The notes under the pieces are model-generated. The model was not told where the DNA came from and ran no database searches. It worked only from the letters and a program-made list of their open reading frames with translations. This document shows positions 1 to 9,411 of a stretch of 64,000 nt of DNA, piece after piece; the stretch's first letter is position 1, and every line of letters begins with the position of its first letter. The DNA is from Planctomycetota bacterium (GTDB taxonomy: Bacteria; Planctomycetota; UBA1135; UBA2386): assembly GCA_965228735.1 (NCBI GenBank), contig OZ245838.1:6016001-6080000 (forward strand), given 5' to 3'. Both the position numbers and the translations under genes were made by a program.

Positions 1-391
1 GCAGCGCTTGGATCTCGTCGGGCAGGATGACCCCGCCACCGCCGCCGAAGATCTGCACGTGGCCGGCACCGCGCTCCGCCAGCATGTCGAACATGTAGCG
101 GAAGAACTCGTTGTGGCCGCCCTGATAGGACGTCACGGCGATGCCCTGGGCGTCCTCGGCGATCGCCGCGTCGACGATCTCCTGGACCGAGCGGTTGTGG
201 CCGAGGTGGATGACCTCGGCGCCGGACGCCTGGGCGATGCGGCGGAAGATGTGGATCGAGGCGTCGTGACCGTCGAACAGGCTCGTGGCCGTGACGAGTC
301 GAACTTTGTGCCTCAGGGTAAGCGGGCCGTCCGCGGGGCCGTCGGATTCGGCCTGGTCCGCGGGGCGTTGCGGCGAAGCTGCAGAAGTCAC
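1..391 (-). CDS. icmF: Fused isobutyryl-CoA mutase/GTPase IcmF-type protein, N-terminal cobalamin-binding domain (runs off the window's left edge)
   Basis: Manual translation of the minus strand: [66 protein letters not shown]. DxH B12-binding motif at the N-terminus, the IcmF domain order. GTG start at 391 is tentative. Not in the ORF track. Confidence 0.85.
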   Translation of the reverse strand, partial: MTSAASPQRPADQAESDGPADGPLTLRHKVRLVTATSLFDGHDASIHIFRRIAQASGAEVIHLGHNRSVQEIVDAAIAEDAQGIAVTSYQGGHNEFFRYMFDMLAERGAGHVQIFGGGGGVILPDEIQAL

Positions 392-415
392 GCCTCCCAG
401 CTTACGCTGAATGGC

Positions 416-832
416 CTACTCGGTCGCTGCTTCCTCGGGCGCGAGCGGCGAGAAGTGCTGCGCGACGATCTTCCAGTCATCGCTCATCCGGCAGAGCGAG
501 AACGTGCACATGCCGCTCTGCTCGTGGGCCCGCCCCTCGGGGTCGATCTGAGCCATCTTCCAGCCGCCCACGGCCGTCGCGAACTGGTCGTCGAAGACCT
601 GGTAGTCCATGTCCTTGAGCTCGAGCTTGACCGAGTCGAGGTAGCGGAACTCCTGGTCGAGCACCTCCTCGAACGCGCCCCAGCCGCGGTCCTGCCGCCC
701 GCTGGCATCGAGGTTACGGAAGCGCTTGTCGGTCCAGTAATGCGAGCGGAACGTCTTCAGGTCGCGGCTGTTGAACGACTGCCGCATGCTGCGGAAGAAT
801 TCGTCCATCTCCTTCATGCTCTCGACGCTCAT
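416..832 (-). CDS. NTF2/SnoaL-like (DUF4440/YybH-type) small protein
   Basis: 138 aa, N-terminal helix then beta strands, ends with the typical WKIVAQHFS motif. Confidence 0.75.
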   Translation of the reverse strand: MSVESMKEMDEFFRSMRQSFNSRDLKTFRSHYWTDKRFRNLDASGRQDRGWGAFEEVLDQEFRYLDSVKLELKDMDYQVFDDQFATAVGGWKMAQIDPEGRAHEQSGMCTFSLCRMSDDWKIVAQHFSPLAPEEAATE

Positions 833-935
833 GCAGGTGGCTCTCGGCGAGTTCTCTCGGTTGCCTCGGCGGAACGCAACTCGTTTCCAGTGACGGAGAA
901 ACGGTTGCTCGAGGGCATGGTATGCGAGTGCTGGC

Positions 936-2309
936 TCAGCGCTCGATGTGACGGAAAAGCGGGTCCTTCGACTTCTCGTAGACGACCTTGCCGTTCACAA
1001 GGGCCGTTTCCACGAAGGTCGCATAGTGCAGCGGGTCGCCGTCGAGAATCAAGACGTCCGCGTCCTTGCCGGCCTCGAGCGACCCGACCCGGGCCTCGGC
1101 GCCGATTGCTCGCGCCGCATCCAAAGTGATCGTTCGCAAGGCCTTACGGTTATCGAGGCCGCCGCGCACGGCGTAGGCCGCATCGACGTGCGGGGTGTTG
1201 AGGTCCTGCCCGAGGATGCCGCCCGTGCCGACCGACGCGCCGCCGAAGCGCCCGCTCGGGGCCGTGACGGCGACGGGCACACCGGCCTGGCTGAGGATCG
1301 CGGCGCTCGCGAGGTTGGTGCCCGTGGTGTCCGGCTTCTTCGGGTCCGGCGCGGTCCGGTTGCGCGGGTTGAGCACGACCATCGACCCGGTCGCCGCGAT
1401 CTCGTCGGGCACGAGCCACGCGCTCATCGGGTTGTTGAGCACGACGCCCTTGCCGAACAGCTCGCTGACCCTGAGCGCCTGGCGGATCGCGTCGACGTCG
1501 CTGCCGTCACCGCCGCCGCCGCCCATCATCCGGCGGAAGCGCGCCATCCGGTCGCCGAGCTCGATCCACAGGCGCTTCTTGCCCTGCAGCACGGCGACGA
1601 TGTTCTCCGTGCCCCGCGGCACGCGCGGCTCCTTGGCCTTGGGATCCTTCGTCTTCTTGGCCGGGTACTCCGCCAGCTCGGTCAGGTACTCCTTCGCCTG
1701 TTCGACCTGCTGCGTGAGCTTGCCCCAGTCCGCGAGGCTCAGCGGCACGTTCATCGCGACCACGCTGTTCTCCTCGAGCACCATGCCGTCGACGTCGCCC
1801 CACGCGAGTTTGGCGATCGCGTTCGTGCCGCTCGGGGTCGAGCCGCCGCCCGCGCCGCCGACGAGGAACGACGTGATGCCCGCCGCGAGGCCCTGCTTCA
1901 TCTGCGGGTCGTAGGGGTTGCTGCCGTCCTTGAACGGCGCGCGGCGCGCGGCCCCCATACCCGAGCCGGCGACCGCGACGAAGCCCGGCGCGACCGTCTT
2001 GCCCTTGGCGTCGATCGTCGTGCACTTCTCGGGCAGTTCGAGGTCGTGGCCGACGGCTTCGATCTTGTCGTCCGCGATCAGCACGGTCGCGCCCGTGAGC
2101 CGCTGGCCCGTGCCGAGGTAGACGTCGCCGCCGACGATGGCGGTGTATTCCTTGGGCTTCTTCGCCTCGTCCTTCTTCTCGGGCTCGGCAGCCGGCGGTG
2201 CTGCGGGTGCCGGCGCGCGCATGCGGCCGCGGCGGCCGCGGCCCTGGCCCGGAAGGTCGGCGATGGTCGCGAGCGTGATCGTCGCGGCGAGGAGGAGCTG
2301 GATGCGCAT
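936..2309 (-). CDS. Exported amidohydrolase-fold protein (operon gene 9), metal ligands degenerate
   Basis: Signal peptide MRIQLLLAATITL; DAKGKTVAPGFV and GSLEAGKDADVLILDGDPL motifs; HxH replaced by AVAGS. Start reassigned to ATG 2309. Confidence 0.85.
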   Translation of the reverse strand: MRIQLLLAATITLATIADLPGQGRGRRGRMRAPAPAAPPAAEPEKKDEAKKPKEYTAIVGGDVYLGTGQRLTGATVLIADDKIEAVGHDLELPEKCTTIDAKGKTVAPGFVAVAGSGMGAARRAPFKDGSNPYDPQMKQGLAAGITSFLVGGAGGGSTPSGTNAIAKLAWGDVDGMVLEENSVVAMNVPLSLADWGKLTQQVEQAKEYLTELAEYPAKKTKDPKAKEPRVPRGTENIVAVLQGKKRLWIELGDRMARFRRMMGGGGGDGSDVDAIRQALRVSELFGKGVVLNNPMSAWLVPDEIAATGSMVVLNPRNRTAPDPKKPDTTGTNLASAAILSQAGVPVAVTAPSGRFGGASVGTGGILGQDLNTPHVDAAYAVRGGLDNRKALRTITLDAARAIGAEARVGSLEAGKDADVLILDGDPLHYATFVETALVNGKVVYEKSKDPLFRHIER

Positions 2310-2353
2310 TGGTGGGTCCTGCGGATGAACGTTTCTGGGCGGCTGGTGGCGGG

Positions 2354-3808
2354 CTACGGCTGCTTGCGTTCGACGGCGTGGCCGCGGAACCACACGGAGT
2401 CGATCTCGCTCGCGGGCGACAGCGGGTCTCCGGTGAACACGATGAGGTTGGCGTCCTTGCCGACCTCGAGCGTGCCGACGGACTCGTCGATGCCGAGCGC
2501 CTTCGCGGGCACGCGCGTGACGCCGGCGTAGGCGACGTCCTGCGGCAGGCCGCTGCGCACGAGCTCCATGAGGCGGAAGAACACGGACCGCGCGCTGCTG
2601 CTGTTGTCGCCGATCACGAAGCCGACCTCGACGCCCGCGTCGTGCAGCGTCCTGGCCGGGTGGGTGAGGTGACGCGACCGGCCCTTCGTCGAGAGAGCGG
2701 CCGGCAGCAGCACCGGGCAGTCGAGCTTCTTCACCTCGTCGAGCACGATGTCGAGCGTGCCCGAGTAGGGGTCGTGGCGCGTCGAGACGAGCGTGCGCGG
2801 GAACTCGAGCTCGGCGTCGATCGCGTTCTGCCAGTGCGCGAGGTCGGCGGCGGAGCCGATCTCGACGATCGCGCGCTTCTTGCCCTCGAGCAGGTCGGCG
2901 AGCACCTCGATGTTCGGGTCCTTCTTCTGCTGGCGCGTCGTCGGGCGCCGCGTCGGCTGCTTCGGCGGCTCCTTGCCCTCCGGCTTGGGAGTCGGCGTCG
3001 GCTTCGGCGTCGGCTTCGGACCGGGCTTCGGCGGCTCCTTCGTGTCGCCCTTCTTCTCGCCTGCCTTCTCGGCGGGCTTGTCGCCGTTCTTCTCGGCCGG
3101 CTTCTTCGCCTCCGGCTCTTGCGCGGGCTTGGGCTCCTCCTTGGGCTTGTTGCGTTCCTCGACGACCTTCTTGGCCTTGTCGAAGCTGTCCTTCAGCAGC
3201 TTCTTCGTGGCCGCGTCGCGCGCCATGCCGATCTGCAAGAACGCTTCACCGTCGGCAGTGAGCTCGCGGACGGTGGTGCCGTTCGGCGCGAGCACGGCGC
3301 CCGTGCCCGGGAACGCGTTGCCCGTCGGCGTGAGCGCGAGCGACGTCACGCCGGCTTCGAGCAGCTCGTGGAAGACCTTCTGCTTCGGGTAGAGCCCGTC
3401 GACGACGCGCGTCGCAGCTTTGTTGGCGGCGCGACTGCCGGACGAACGCATCGTAACGCCGCGGGGGAAGCCACGGCCGCGCCGGCTCGACCGTTGGACG
3501 AGATCCGGCTGCCCGCCGGACAGCCCCGCGCGCGAGTAGGCGCTCACGAGGCCCGGCATGATCGTCTTGCCCTCGGCGTCGACGATCTTCGCGCCTGCGG
3601 GCACCGTGGCGTCCGCGCCGACCGCCTCGATCTTGCCCTTGCGGATCACGAGCGTGCCCTGCTCGATCACCGGGCCGGCGACCGTGACGATGCGGGCGTT
3701 GGTGAACGCGACCGGGCGCCGGTCCTGGGCGCGCAGGGAATGCGGCAGCGCCGCGCAGAGTGCGGCGAACGCGAGAACGGGAAGGTGACAGTTGCGAACT
3801 CGGCTCAT
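2354..3808 (-). CDS. Exported amidohydrolase-fold protein (operon gene 8), metal ligands degenerate, Lys/Pro-rich insert
   Basis: Start MSRVRNCHLPVLAFAALCAA at 3808 overlaps upstream stop (ATGA); DAEGKTIMPGLVSAYSR (no HxH); GTLEVGKDANL. Confidence 0.85.
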   Translation of the reverse strand: MSRVRNCHLPVLAFAALCAALPHSLRAQDRRPVAFTNARIVTVAGPVIEQGTLVIRKGKIEAVGADATVPAGAKIVDAEGKTIMPGLVSAYSRAGLSGGQPDLVQRSSRRGRGFPRGVTMRSSGSRAANKAATRVVDGLYPKQKVFHELLEAGVTSLALTPTGNAFPGTGAVLAPNGTTVRELTADGEAFLQIGMARDAATKKLLKDSFDKAKKVVEERNKPKEEPKPAQEPEAKKPAEKNGDKPAEKAGEKKGDTKEPPKPGPKPTPKPTPTPKPEGKEPPKQPTRRPTTRQQKKDPNIEVLADLLEGKKRAIVEIGSAADLAHWQNAIDAELEFPRTLVSTRHDPYSGTLDIVLDEVKKLDCPVLLPAALSTKGRSRHLTHPARTLHDAGVEVGFVIGDNSSSARSVFFRLMELVRSGLPQDVAYAGVTRVPAKALGIDESVGTLEVGKDANLIVFTGDPLSPASEIDSVWFRGHAVERKQP

Positions 3809-5067
3809 CGGCAATCTCCGCTGCGGTAGATCAGACTTCCTTCGATGTAGACCTTGCTCGGTCCGATGCGCGGATCGAGCGGGTCGCCGGCCGTGACCTG
3901 GAAGTCGGCGTCCTTGCCGACGGTCAACGAACCGACGCGGTCGTCGAGGCCGATCTGTTGCGCCGGCACGAGCGTGACGGCACGAAGGGCGGCCTCGTAA
4001 GGCAGACCGAGGCGCGCGGCCATCGCCGCCTGCAGCTGCAGCTGCTCGGGCGGGATCACCGGCGCGTCGGTGTTGATGGACAGGTTGTGGCAGCCGGCTT
4101 CCCAGAACGCCTGGCACATGCCCTGCATGCGGCCGTAGCGGTCGAACTGGTACATGCGCGGGCCGAGGTTGATCGGCGTCTGCCATTCGGCGAGCGGGCC
4201 CGCCGCGATCCAGCCGTCGAACGAACCGTGCGACAGGATCATGCGGACGTCGAACACGCCCTGGAACATGCGGGCCGTCGCGACGCAGTCGCGCGCGCCG
4301 GCCGTGTGGATGAGCACGGGGACCTCGCCGTCGAACACCTTGCGCAGCTGCTCGAGCGTCGGGTCGAACTGCGGCGCCTCGCCCTTGCCGGCCCTGGCGT
4401 CGCGCCACGCGGTTGCGTAGTCGCGGCCCTTCTCGAGCGCCTGCGTGAGGAGCTCGCTGCTGCCCATGCGCGTCTGGCCGAGATCGCCGCTGTAGCGCTC
4501 CGGGTTGTAGCCCTGCGCGACCTTCATCGCGCCGAGCTCGCGGATGACCATGTCGTCGAGTCTGCTGCCCCAGCGCATCTTCATCAGCACGCCGAAGCCG
4601 CTGATGTTGGTGCCCGACCCCGGGATGAACAGCGTCGTCGTGACGCCGCCAGCGACGGTGCGCTGGATCATCTCGGTGTTGGGCTTGACCGTGTCGAGCG
4701 TGCGCAGCTCGGCGTTGATCGGCTGCACCATGTCGTTGATGTCGCCGCCGCCGCTGCTGACGTGGTGGTGCAGGTCGACGAAGCCAGGGCTGAGCCACTG
4801 ATCGCCGTGGTCGACGACCGTCGCGCCGGCCGGCAGCTTCGTCGTCGCCGCCGCGCCGACCGCGAGGATCTTGCCGTCCTGCTCGACGAGCACGCCGTCG
4901 TCGATCGGGGCGCGGTCGATCGGCAGGATGCGCGCCGCGCGATGGATCGTGACGGGGCCCGAGCCGAGGCCCTCGCGTCCCGATTCCGCTGCCCGATCCT
5001 GCGTGCCCACGCCGGCCGCGAGAGCGGCGGCGACGGCGAGGGTGCGGATCGTGGTGGTGGCGGTCAC
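3805..5067 (-). CDS. Exported amidohydrolase (operon gene 7), intact binuclear metal site
   Basis: PGFVDLHHH (HxH), AMKVAQGYNP (Lys), VLIHT, ILSHG, INTDAP; signal peptide. Confidence 0.9.
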   Translation of the reverse strand: MTATTTIRTLAVAAALAAGVGTQDRAAESGREGLGSGPVTIHRAARILPIDRAPIDDGVLVEQDGKILAVGAAATTKLPAGATVVDHGDQWLSPGFVDLHHHVSSGGGDINDMVQPINAELRTLDTVKPNTEMIQRTVAGGVTTTLFIPGSGTNISGFGVLMKMRWGSRLDDMVIRELGAMKVAQGYNPERYSGDLGQTRMGSSELLTQALEKGRDYATAWRDARAGKGEAPQFDPTLEQLRKVFDGEVPVLIHTAGARDCVATARMFQGVFDVRMILSHGSFDGWIAAGPLAEWQTPINLGPRMYQFDRYGRMQGMCQAFWEAGCHNLSINTDAPVIPPEQLQLQAAMAARLGLPYEAALRAVTLVPAQQIGLDDRVGSLTVGKDADFQVTAGDPLDPRIGPSKVYIEGSLIYRSGDCR

Positions 5068-5103
5068 GTGCCTTGGTGCTGAGGGGTGGGGGCTCGGGAG
5101 CGG

Positions 5104-6528
5104 TTACCAGACGGGGCGCTTGCTGTCGCGGCGGTAGCAGATCGTCCCACTTACGACCATGAGCTCGACGTGCGAGCGCGGATCGAGCGGGTCGCCGCTC
5201 CAGACGCCGATGTCGGCGTCCTTGCCGACGGTGAGCGAGCCGACGCGGTGGTCGATGCCGCCCATCTTCGCGGCGTTGATCGTCAGACCGCGCAGGGCCC
5301 ATTCGTGCGGCAGGCCGAGGCGCACGGCCATCGCGGCCTGCAGCGTGAGCTGTTCCTGCGCGACCACGGGAGAGTCGGTGTTGATCGAGATGCCGTCGCG
5401 GCCCACGCCGGGGACCGGGTCGCGCCAGCCGTGCTGACCGCCCATCGCCCAGTTGGCCGCGAGCCCCTCGATCTTGCCCGTGGCGCGATCGAAGTGGTAC
5501 TGGCGCGGTCCGTTCGCGATCGGCACACCGTGCTGGCGCATGTTGCCGCTGAGGCGGAACCCGTCGAACGTGCCGTGCACGACGACGGTCCAGAGGTCGA
5601 GCTCGAGGCGCAGCTCCTGCAGCGTCTGGAGGACGACCTGGTAGATCTGCGTGTGCACCGACACCGGGTACTCGTGGCGGAAGAGGCCGGATACGAGCTC
5701 GAGCGTCGGGTCGAACTTGGGCTTGTCGCCCTCGCCGCGTTCCGCCGCGAGCGTCTGCAGCCAGTAGTCCCGGCCGCGCACGAGCGTCTGACGGATGCCG
5801 TCGCTCATGCCCATCATGCCGTAGCCGAGGTCGCCGCTGCGCCGCTCGGGGTTGCCGGCCTGCGCGATCTTGAGGCTGCCGGGGAAGCGCACGAGCGCCT
5901 CGTCCGGGCTCTTGCCCCAGGTCTTGGTGATGGTGCCGAAGCCACCCATGTTGGAGCCCGACCCCGGGATGTAGAGCGCGCAGCTCACCCCGCCCGCGCG
6001 CGCGGCGCGGAACTGGTCGTGTTCCATGCTGATGAGATCGAGGGTGCGGAACTCGGGGTTCGTCGCGTGCACCGTGTCGTTGAGGTCGAAGCTCTCGCTC
6101 GCGACGTGACAGTGCATCTCGACGAGACCCGGGACGATCATCGCGTCATCGCAGTCGATGAGCTGGTAGCCCGCGGGCACCGGCGTCTCGTCGTAGGTGC
6201 CGATCGCCTCGATGATGCCGTTCTTCGTGACGACGACGCCGTCGAGGATCGGCGGCGCCGTGACGGGGATCACCTTGGCCGCGCGAAAGACGTAGCCGGG
6301 GCTCGGCAGCCCGCGCGGACCCCACTTCGCGACCTTGTAGTCGGCCTCCGTCTTCGGGCGGCGGGGGTAGTAGATCTCGAACGGCTTCGGTTCGGCCTGC
6401 TGCTCGACCGTCCGTTCGGTCGGCGCAGCGGGAGGCGCGGTCGCCCTCTCGTCCTGCGCGAACAGGCCGGGGGTGAGCAGCGCAGCGCAGGGCAGGACGG
6501 CGGCAGCGAGAGAACGGATACGCATCAT
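5104..6528 (-). CDS. Exported amidohydrolase (operon gene 6), intact binuclear metal site
   Basis: PGLVEMHCH (HxH), SLKIAQAGNP, VSVHT, VVVHG, INTDSP; start MMRIRSLAAAVL at 6528 overlaps upstream TGA. Confidence 0.9.
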   Translation of the reverse strand: MMRIRSLAAAVLPCAALLTPGLFAQDERATAPPAAPTERTVEQQAEPKPFEIYYPRRPKTEADYKVAKWGPRGLPSPGYVFRAAKVIPVTAPPILDGVVVTKNGIIEAIGTYDETPVPAGYQLIDCDDAMIVPGLVEMHCHVASESFDLNDTVHATNPEFRTLDLISMEHDQFRAARAGGVSCALYIPGSGSNMGGFGTITKTWGKSPDEALVRFPGSLKIAQAGNPERRSGDLGYGMMGMSDGIRQTLVRGRDYWLQTLAAERGEGDKPKFDPTLELVSGLFRHEYPVSVHTQIYQVVLQTLQELRLELDLWTVVVHGTFDGFRLSGNMRQHGVPIANGPRQYHFDRATGKIEGLAANWAMGGQHGWRDPVPGVGRDGISINTDSPVVAQEQLTLQAAMAVRLGLPHEWALRGLTINAAKMGGIDHRVGSLTVGKDADIGVWSGDPLDPRSHVELMVVSGTICYRRDSKRPVW

Positions 6529-9407
6529 TGCTTGCTCCGGTGATCGACGACCACGCGGCCGTTGCAGACGACGAGCAGCACGCGGCTCTGCGGCTCGAAG
6601 GGGTTGCCCGAGAACACGACGAAGTCCGCGTCCTTGCCCTTCTCGAGCGAGCCGACGCGATCCGCGATGCGGAACGCCTCGGCCGGCCAGAGTGTCAGCG
6701 CCTTGAGCGCGTCCGCGGGGCTCAGGCCGTAGCGCACGGCGTAGGCCGCGTGCATCGGCAGGTGGCGCGCGCCCTTGCACTCGCCGCTGCCGAACAGCAC
6801 GGGCTGACCGCGGTCGGCGAGAACCGCCGGCTTGTTCTGCAGCTGGCCCTTCTCGTCCTCGGTCACGACGACCGGGCCGACGATGACGGGCGGGTTCTTG
6901 CCGTTGCCGATCGCCTGATCGTCGACGAGGTCGCGCACGCCCTGCAGCACGTAGGAGATCTCCTCCTTCTCGAGCAGGTCGATCACGTCGCGCGTCGCCG
7001 CGCCGCGGTTCGTCACGACGACGAGAGCCGCGCGCTTCTCGAGCACGGCGCGGATCGGTTCGAGGTTGTGGTCGACCTTGGGCGCCTCGGGCTTGTCCGA
7101 CTTCGCTTCCTCGGCCTCCTTCGCGATGGCCTCGACCTTGCTCGGCTTGCCCTGGCTCGTGCGCTTGGCGGCGAAGTCCTGCTCGCCGAGACGGCCGAGC
7201 GAGATCTTGCCGCTCATCGACTCGCCGTTGATCGTGGCTTCGATCTTGGCGTCGCCGCCGCGGCCCATGCCGGCGAACTCGAGCACGAGCTTGCCGCCCT
7301 GGAACGAGCCGGAGTTGATCGGGCGCGGCTGCATGCGGCGGCCGCCGAAGCCGACGCTGATGTTGCCCGTGACCTTCGTGCCCTGACGCTCGAGCTCGAG
7401 GATCAGCTTGAGCTGGATCTGGCCGCGGATGTCGATGTCGGCCTCCCAGGTGCCGGTGACGGCGTCGGCGGTCTCGCCGGCGTCCTTCTCACCTTCGCCG
7501 GTCTTGTCGCCCTGCTTCGCGGCGGCCTGCTCGGCGGCCGGCTTCTCGGCGCTCGCTGTCGCGGTGCCGTCCTGCTTCTGCTGCCACTCGGCGAGCGCCT
7601 TCTCGTAGTCCTGCCACTTCTTGACGTAGGCCTTGCCGCGGTCGAGCTGCGACTTGACCGCGTTGATCGCGCCCGGGCCGATCGCGTCGTGCTGCATGCG
7701 CACGCCGGCGATCTCCCGCACGACGAGGCCGGCGCGGTCCTTGGCGCCGGTCTTGACCGCGGTCACGCGGTGCGGCGTCGCGCCGCGATCCTTGCCGGAC
7801 GCGAGCACGGTCGTCAGACCCTCCGCGAGCGCGCCCTCGAACATCGGGTCGTCGTACTCGATCGCTTCGTCGAGCCTGGCTGCGGCGGTGCCGCTCGGCA
7901 CGCCCTGGCCGTCGCCGGCGAGGCCGAGGTGCGAGAACGCGTCGACGAAGCCGGGCGTCATGACCGCCTCGCCGAGATCGATGACCTCGGCGCCGTAGGG
8001 CACCGCGAGCTCTTCGCCGACGGCCTTGATGCGACCGTCCTGCACGATGATCGTGCCGTCGCGGTAGACGCGGCCCGTCGCATCGAGGATCCGGCCGCAG
8101 CGCACGGCGAGCACCGCGCGCGTCGGCGACGGTTCGCGCTCGAACATCCGTTCGCCGCCGATCCAGGTCGACTCGACCATCGTGCCGACGGCGAGCGGGT
8201 CGCCGCTGAGGATCACGAAGTCGGCGTCCTTGCCGGCCGCGAGCGTGCCGACGCGATCGTCGACGCCGAGGATCGCGGCCGCGTCCGCGCCGATGGCGCG
8301 CAGCGCGTGTTCGCGCGACAGCCCGTGGCGCACCGCGATCGCGACCGCCATGAGGTAGTCGCGCGCCGAAACGCCGGGGGCGGGGCACAGGCCGATCTTC
8401 ATCCCGGCCGCCGCGGCCTTGGCCGGCGCGTCTGGCCGCGCTTCGAGCGTCTCCTGCTGGCGGTCCTCACCGCCCGGGTTGCGCTGGCCGAAGCGCACCG
8501 GCACGCGGAACGTCGCCGCGACCTGCTGGCCGGCGGCGCGCTCGGCGATCGGGCCGATGTGCTGCGGGTCCTCGAGCACCATCGTCAGCCCGAGCTCCTT
8601 CTGCAGCTCGAGCGCGCGGTGGATGTCGTAGGTCTTGACCGCGGCCGCGCGCACGCGCAGCTTGCCGGTCGCGGCATCGCGGATCGCGGACTCGTCGTAG
8701 AGATGCTCGGCCGGGCCCTCACCGCCGAGGCCGACGTCCTCGGCCTTGCTCGCCGCGGCTTCCGCGAACAGCGCGCGCAGCTCCGGCAGCACGGCGATGC
8801 GCGCCGTTGGCGTCTGGATGCGCGAGGGCTGCAGCGGCTCGTCGCTCGTCGGGAACGGGTTCGGCTCGAACACGCGGGGCGCGCGCACCGAGCTGTCGCC
8901 GAAGTCGACGCGCAGGCAGTTGGCGTCGTCGAGCACGCGCTCGACGATGTCGTCACCGGCCGTCTTCACGACCGCGCCCTGACCCGAGATCAGGCGCTGC
9001 CGCCCGGGTGACAGGTAGAGCGTCGTGACGCCGCCGGCGAGCTCGGCGCGGCGCCTGCGCTCGAAGTCGAACGCGTCGAGCGCGAGCGCGTCGGGCGTGA
9101 CCTGGTACTCGGAGTCGGCGGCGCCGCTGAGGTCGCTGTCGACCGCGACGATGCCGGGCATCACGACCTTGTCGCGCGCGTCCGTGACGGGCACGTTCGC
9201 GGGCGGCGCGGTCTTGCCGATGCTCTTGATCTTGCCGTTCTCGACGACGAGCCAGACGTCCTGCATGGCCGTCTTGCCGTCGCCGGTCAGCAACGTGCCG
9301 CAGCGGATCGCGCGCGCGCCGGTCTCGCCCTGCGCCGGCAGGAAGCCGGCGAGGGTGAGCAGCGCGGCCGTCGCCGCCGCCTGGAAGCGGAAGGAATGGA
9401 ATCGCAT
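6525..9407 (-). CDS. Exported protein with two tandem amidohydrolase-fold domains (operon gene 5), both degenerate, with an inserted small beta domain
   Basis: 960 aa; two copies of MPG/TPG..., G(T/S)LxxGKDADF; domain 1 AVDSD, domain 2 DAFSH in place of HxH. Confidence 0.9.
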   Translation of the reverse strand: MRFHSFRFQAAATAALLTLAGFLPAQGETGARAIRCGTLLTGDGKTAMQDVWLVVENGKIKSIGKTAPPANVPVTDARDKVVMPGIVAVDSDLSGAADSEYQVTPDALALDAFDFERRRRAELAGGVTTLYLSPGRQRLISGQGAVVKTAGDDIVERVLDDANCLRVDFGDSSVRAPRVFEPNPFPTSDEPLQPSRIQTPTARIAVLPELRALFAEAAASKAEDVGLGGEGPAEHLYDESAIRDAATGKLRVRAAAVKTYDIHRALELQKELGLTMVLEDPQHIGPIAERAAGQQVAATFRVPVRFGQRNPGGEDRQQETLEARPDAPAKAAAAGMKIGLCPAPGVSARDYLMAVAIAVRHGLSREHALRAIGADAAAILGVDDRVGTLAAGKDADFVILSGDPLAVGTMVESTWIGGERMFEREPSPTRAVLAVRCGRILDATGRVYRDGTIIVQDGRIKAVGEELAVPYGAEVIDLGEAVMTPGFVDAFSHLGLAGDGQGVPSGTAAARLDEAIEYDDPMFEGALAEGLTTVLASGKDRGATPHRVTAVKTGAKDRAGLVVREIAGVRMQHDAIGPGAINAVKSQLDRGKAYVKKWQDYEKALAEWQQKQDGTATASAEKPAAEQAAAKQGDKTGEGEKDAGETADAVTGTWEADIDIRGQIQLKLILELERQGTKVTGNISVGFGGRRMQPRPINSGSFQGGKLVLEFAGMGRGGDAKIEATINGESMSGKISLGRLGEQDFAAKRTSQGKPSKVEAIAKEAEEAKSDKPEAPKVDHNLEPIRAVLEKRAALVVVTNRGAATRDVIDLLEKEEISYVLQGVRDLVDDQAIGNGKNPPVIVGPVVVTEDEKGQLQNKPAVLADRGQPVLFGSGECKGARHLPMHAAYAVRYGLSPADALKALTLWPAEAFRIADRVGSLEKGKDADFVVFSGNPFEPQSRVLLVVCNGRVVVDHRSKQ

Positions 9408-9411
9408 CGGA

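Noticed and set aside
3809..5302. N-terminal extensions in the ORF track (982 aa ORF here; also 10722-12785, 24233-26086, 49683-51749)
   Set aside because: Arg-rich off-frame read-through over neighbouring genes; signal peptides and stop/start overlaps identify the downstream starts.
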